64,000 nucleotides of DNA from Octopus sinensis (taxonomy: Eukaryota): NCBI RefSeq assembly GCF_006345805.1, contig NC_042997.1, forward strand, positions 102,300,001-102,364,000, given 5' to 3'. Position numbers and translations under genes: made by a program. Of the stretch, positions 62,780 to 64,000 are shown in pieces. Position 1 is the stretch's first letter. The number at the start of each line of letters is the position of its first letter. The notes beneath the pieces were generated by a model. The model was given only the letters and a program-made list of their open reading frames with translations, had not been told where the DNA came from and searched no databases.

Positions 62780-64000
62780 CTATTTATTCTACAAAATTCA
62801 AGCAGTTTACCTGCAGTTGTTAGATACGCCAGAGCCGCAATCTTGAAGTGATTGTTTAGTCGATGGGTTTGATAGGCAAGGGATGACAGCCATCAGTACT
62901 TCAAAATAATGAAAAGCGTGATTTATATAACTCAACACTTGAGAAACATTAGATTTAATGTTTTTAATTTTCATAAAATGATTATAACAATGACATGTTT
63001 TATGAATTTTAACGATGAATTTTAATCATGAATTTTAACGATGAAAGGAGGATTATCTTGATGAGAACAAGACGAACATATGTAAGTCATTAATTCAAGA
63101 TAGATTTTTAAGGTTCAAATATAACTATTAAAAGTAAAAATAAATTTTTTAAATTAGTTATTCGTAATCTCGCCATCCGAATAGAATATACTTCGCTGAG
63201 GATATCAACTAAAGCCAAAACATGTCCAATGCTTTCACTAGTTGAATTTTAAAATCCAGATCCACTCTAATCTGTGTCAATCCAGAAATGTCGAAAAACT
63301 CTTATGAGAGTTATCCCTCTTACTTGAAAGCGAAACATTCCGTTTAGGAGAATTTGAGAATTTAAATACCCCTATACTGAATATTTCTCTTAATTAATTG
63401 CCTGAACAATTTAAGAAAAACAATTACAGATATTTCGGATAATTCATTACATACATTTCAATAATTAATAATCGATCAAAGGCAGACCATTTCGTCTGAT
63501 GTAAGATATTTCGGGTTTTATATTTCGTTGTTTTCCATCTGAGGAAGTTATCTATAATGGACTGATTATTGATTATTGAAATATTCGAAATATCAATAAC
63601 TTGTTTTCTGTTCATTTATATTTACTGCGGCACTTATTATTCCATTCATATTAATTATTACAGAGTCCGTATTAATGTTGCTTTTTAGACATGAGAATAG
63701 AAGTTTAACATATCCGGATAATCGATCCCTTATTCCTTTGATCATTTGTCTTTCATTTTAATGCATCAAAAATAAGTACACACACATACACATACACTGA
63801 TCACTTTTAATCTCACCCAATAGAATATGTTTCTCCGAGGAGGAGACTAAAACAAGGTCGTTTTCCCCAGCTGGCTGTAACATCTTTAACATTTTTGGAC
63901 ATCTACATCGTCCAAAATTTCTATCAAGTGATCTTATTGGAATTATCTTTGTTGCTTGCTGTTTTCAGATTTTAAACATCCCTAGGGAATGAGCTCTTAC

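Overview
AT-rich eukaryotic genomic DNA, dense in microsatellites and transposable elements. The SINE families and (TA)n/(CA)n/(TACA)n load suggest a coleoid cephalopod (Octopus); this is inferred, not verified. The only host coding sequence I can support is the first coding exon of a p38 MAPK gene (minus strand, 21256-21377), with an unusual AYGAYG P-loop. I found no second exon, so intron 1 appears to run past position 1. The rest is mobile DNA: a head-to-tail Helitron-type dimer, a rosa-type mariner relic, RTE and CR1 LINE relics, a degenerate Tx1-type LINE ORF2, an R4/Dong-type LINE, and an internally deleted Gypsy LTR element with both LTRs, TSD, PBS and PPT. There is also a Helitron-like remnant with 23-aa STPR-like repeats, an 11-copy 178-bp satellite and many SINEs. 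The most striking features are three separate inverted-repeat structures whose arms carry hammerhead-ribozyme motifs of the Penelope-like (PLE) type. One of them fuses a tRNA-derived Pol III head to the hammerhead. Family names come from recognising motifs by eye; no database search was run.
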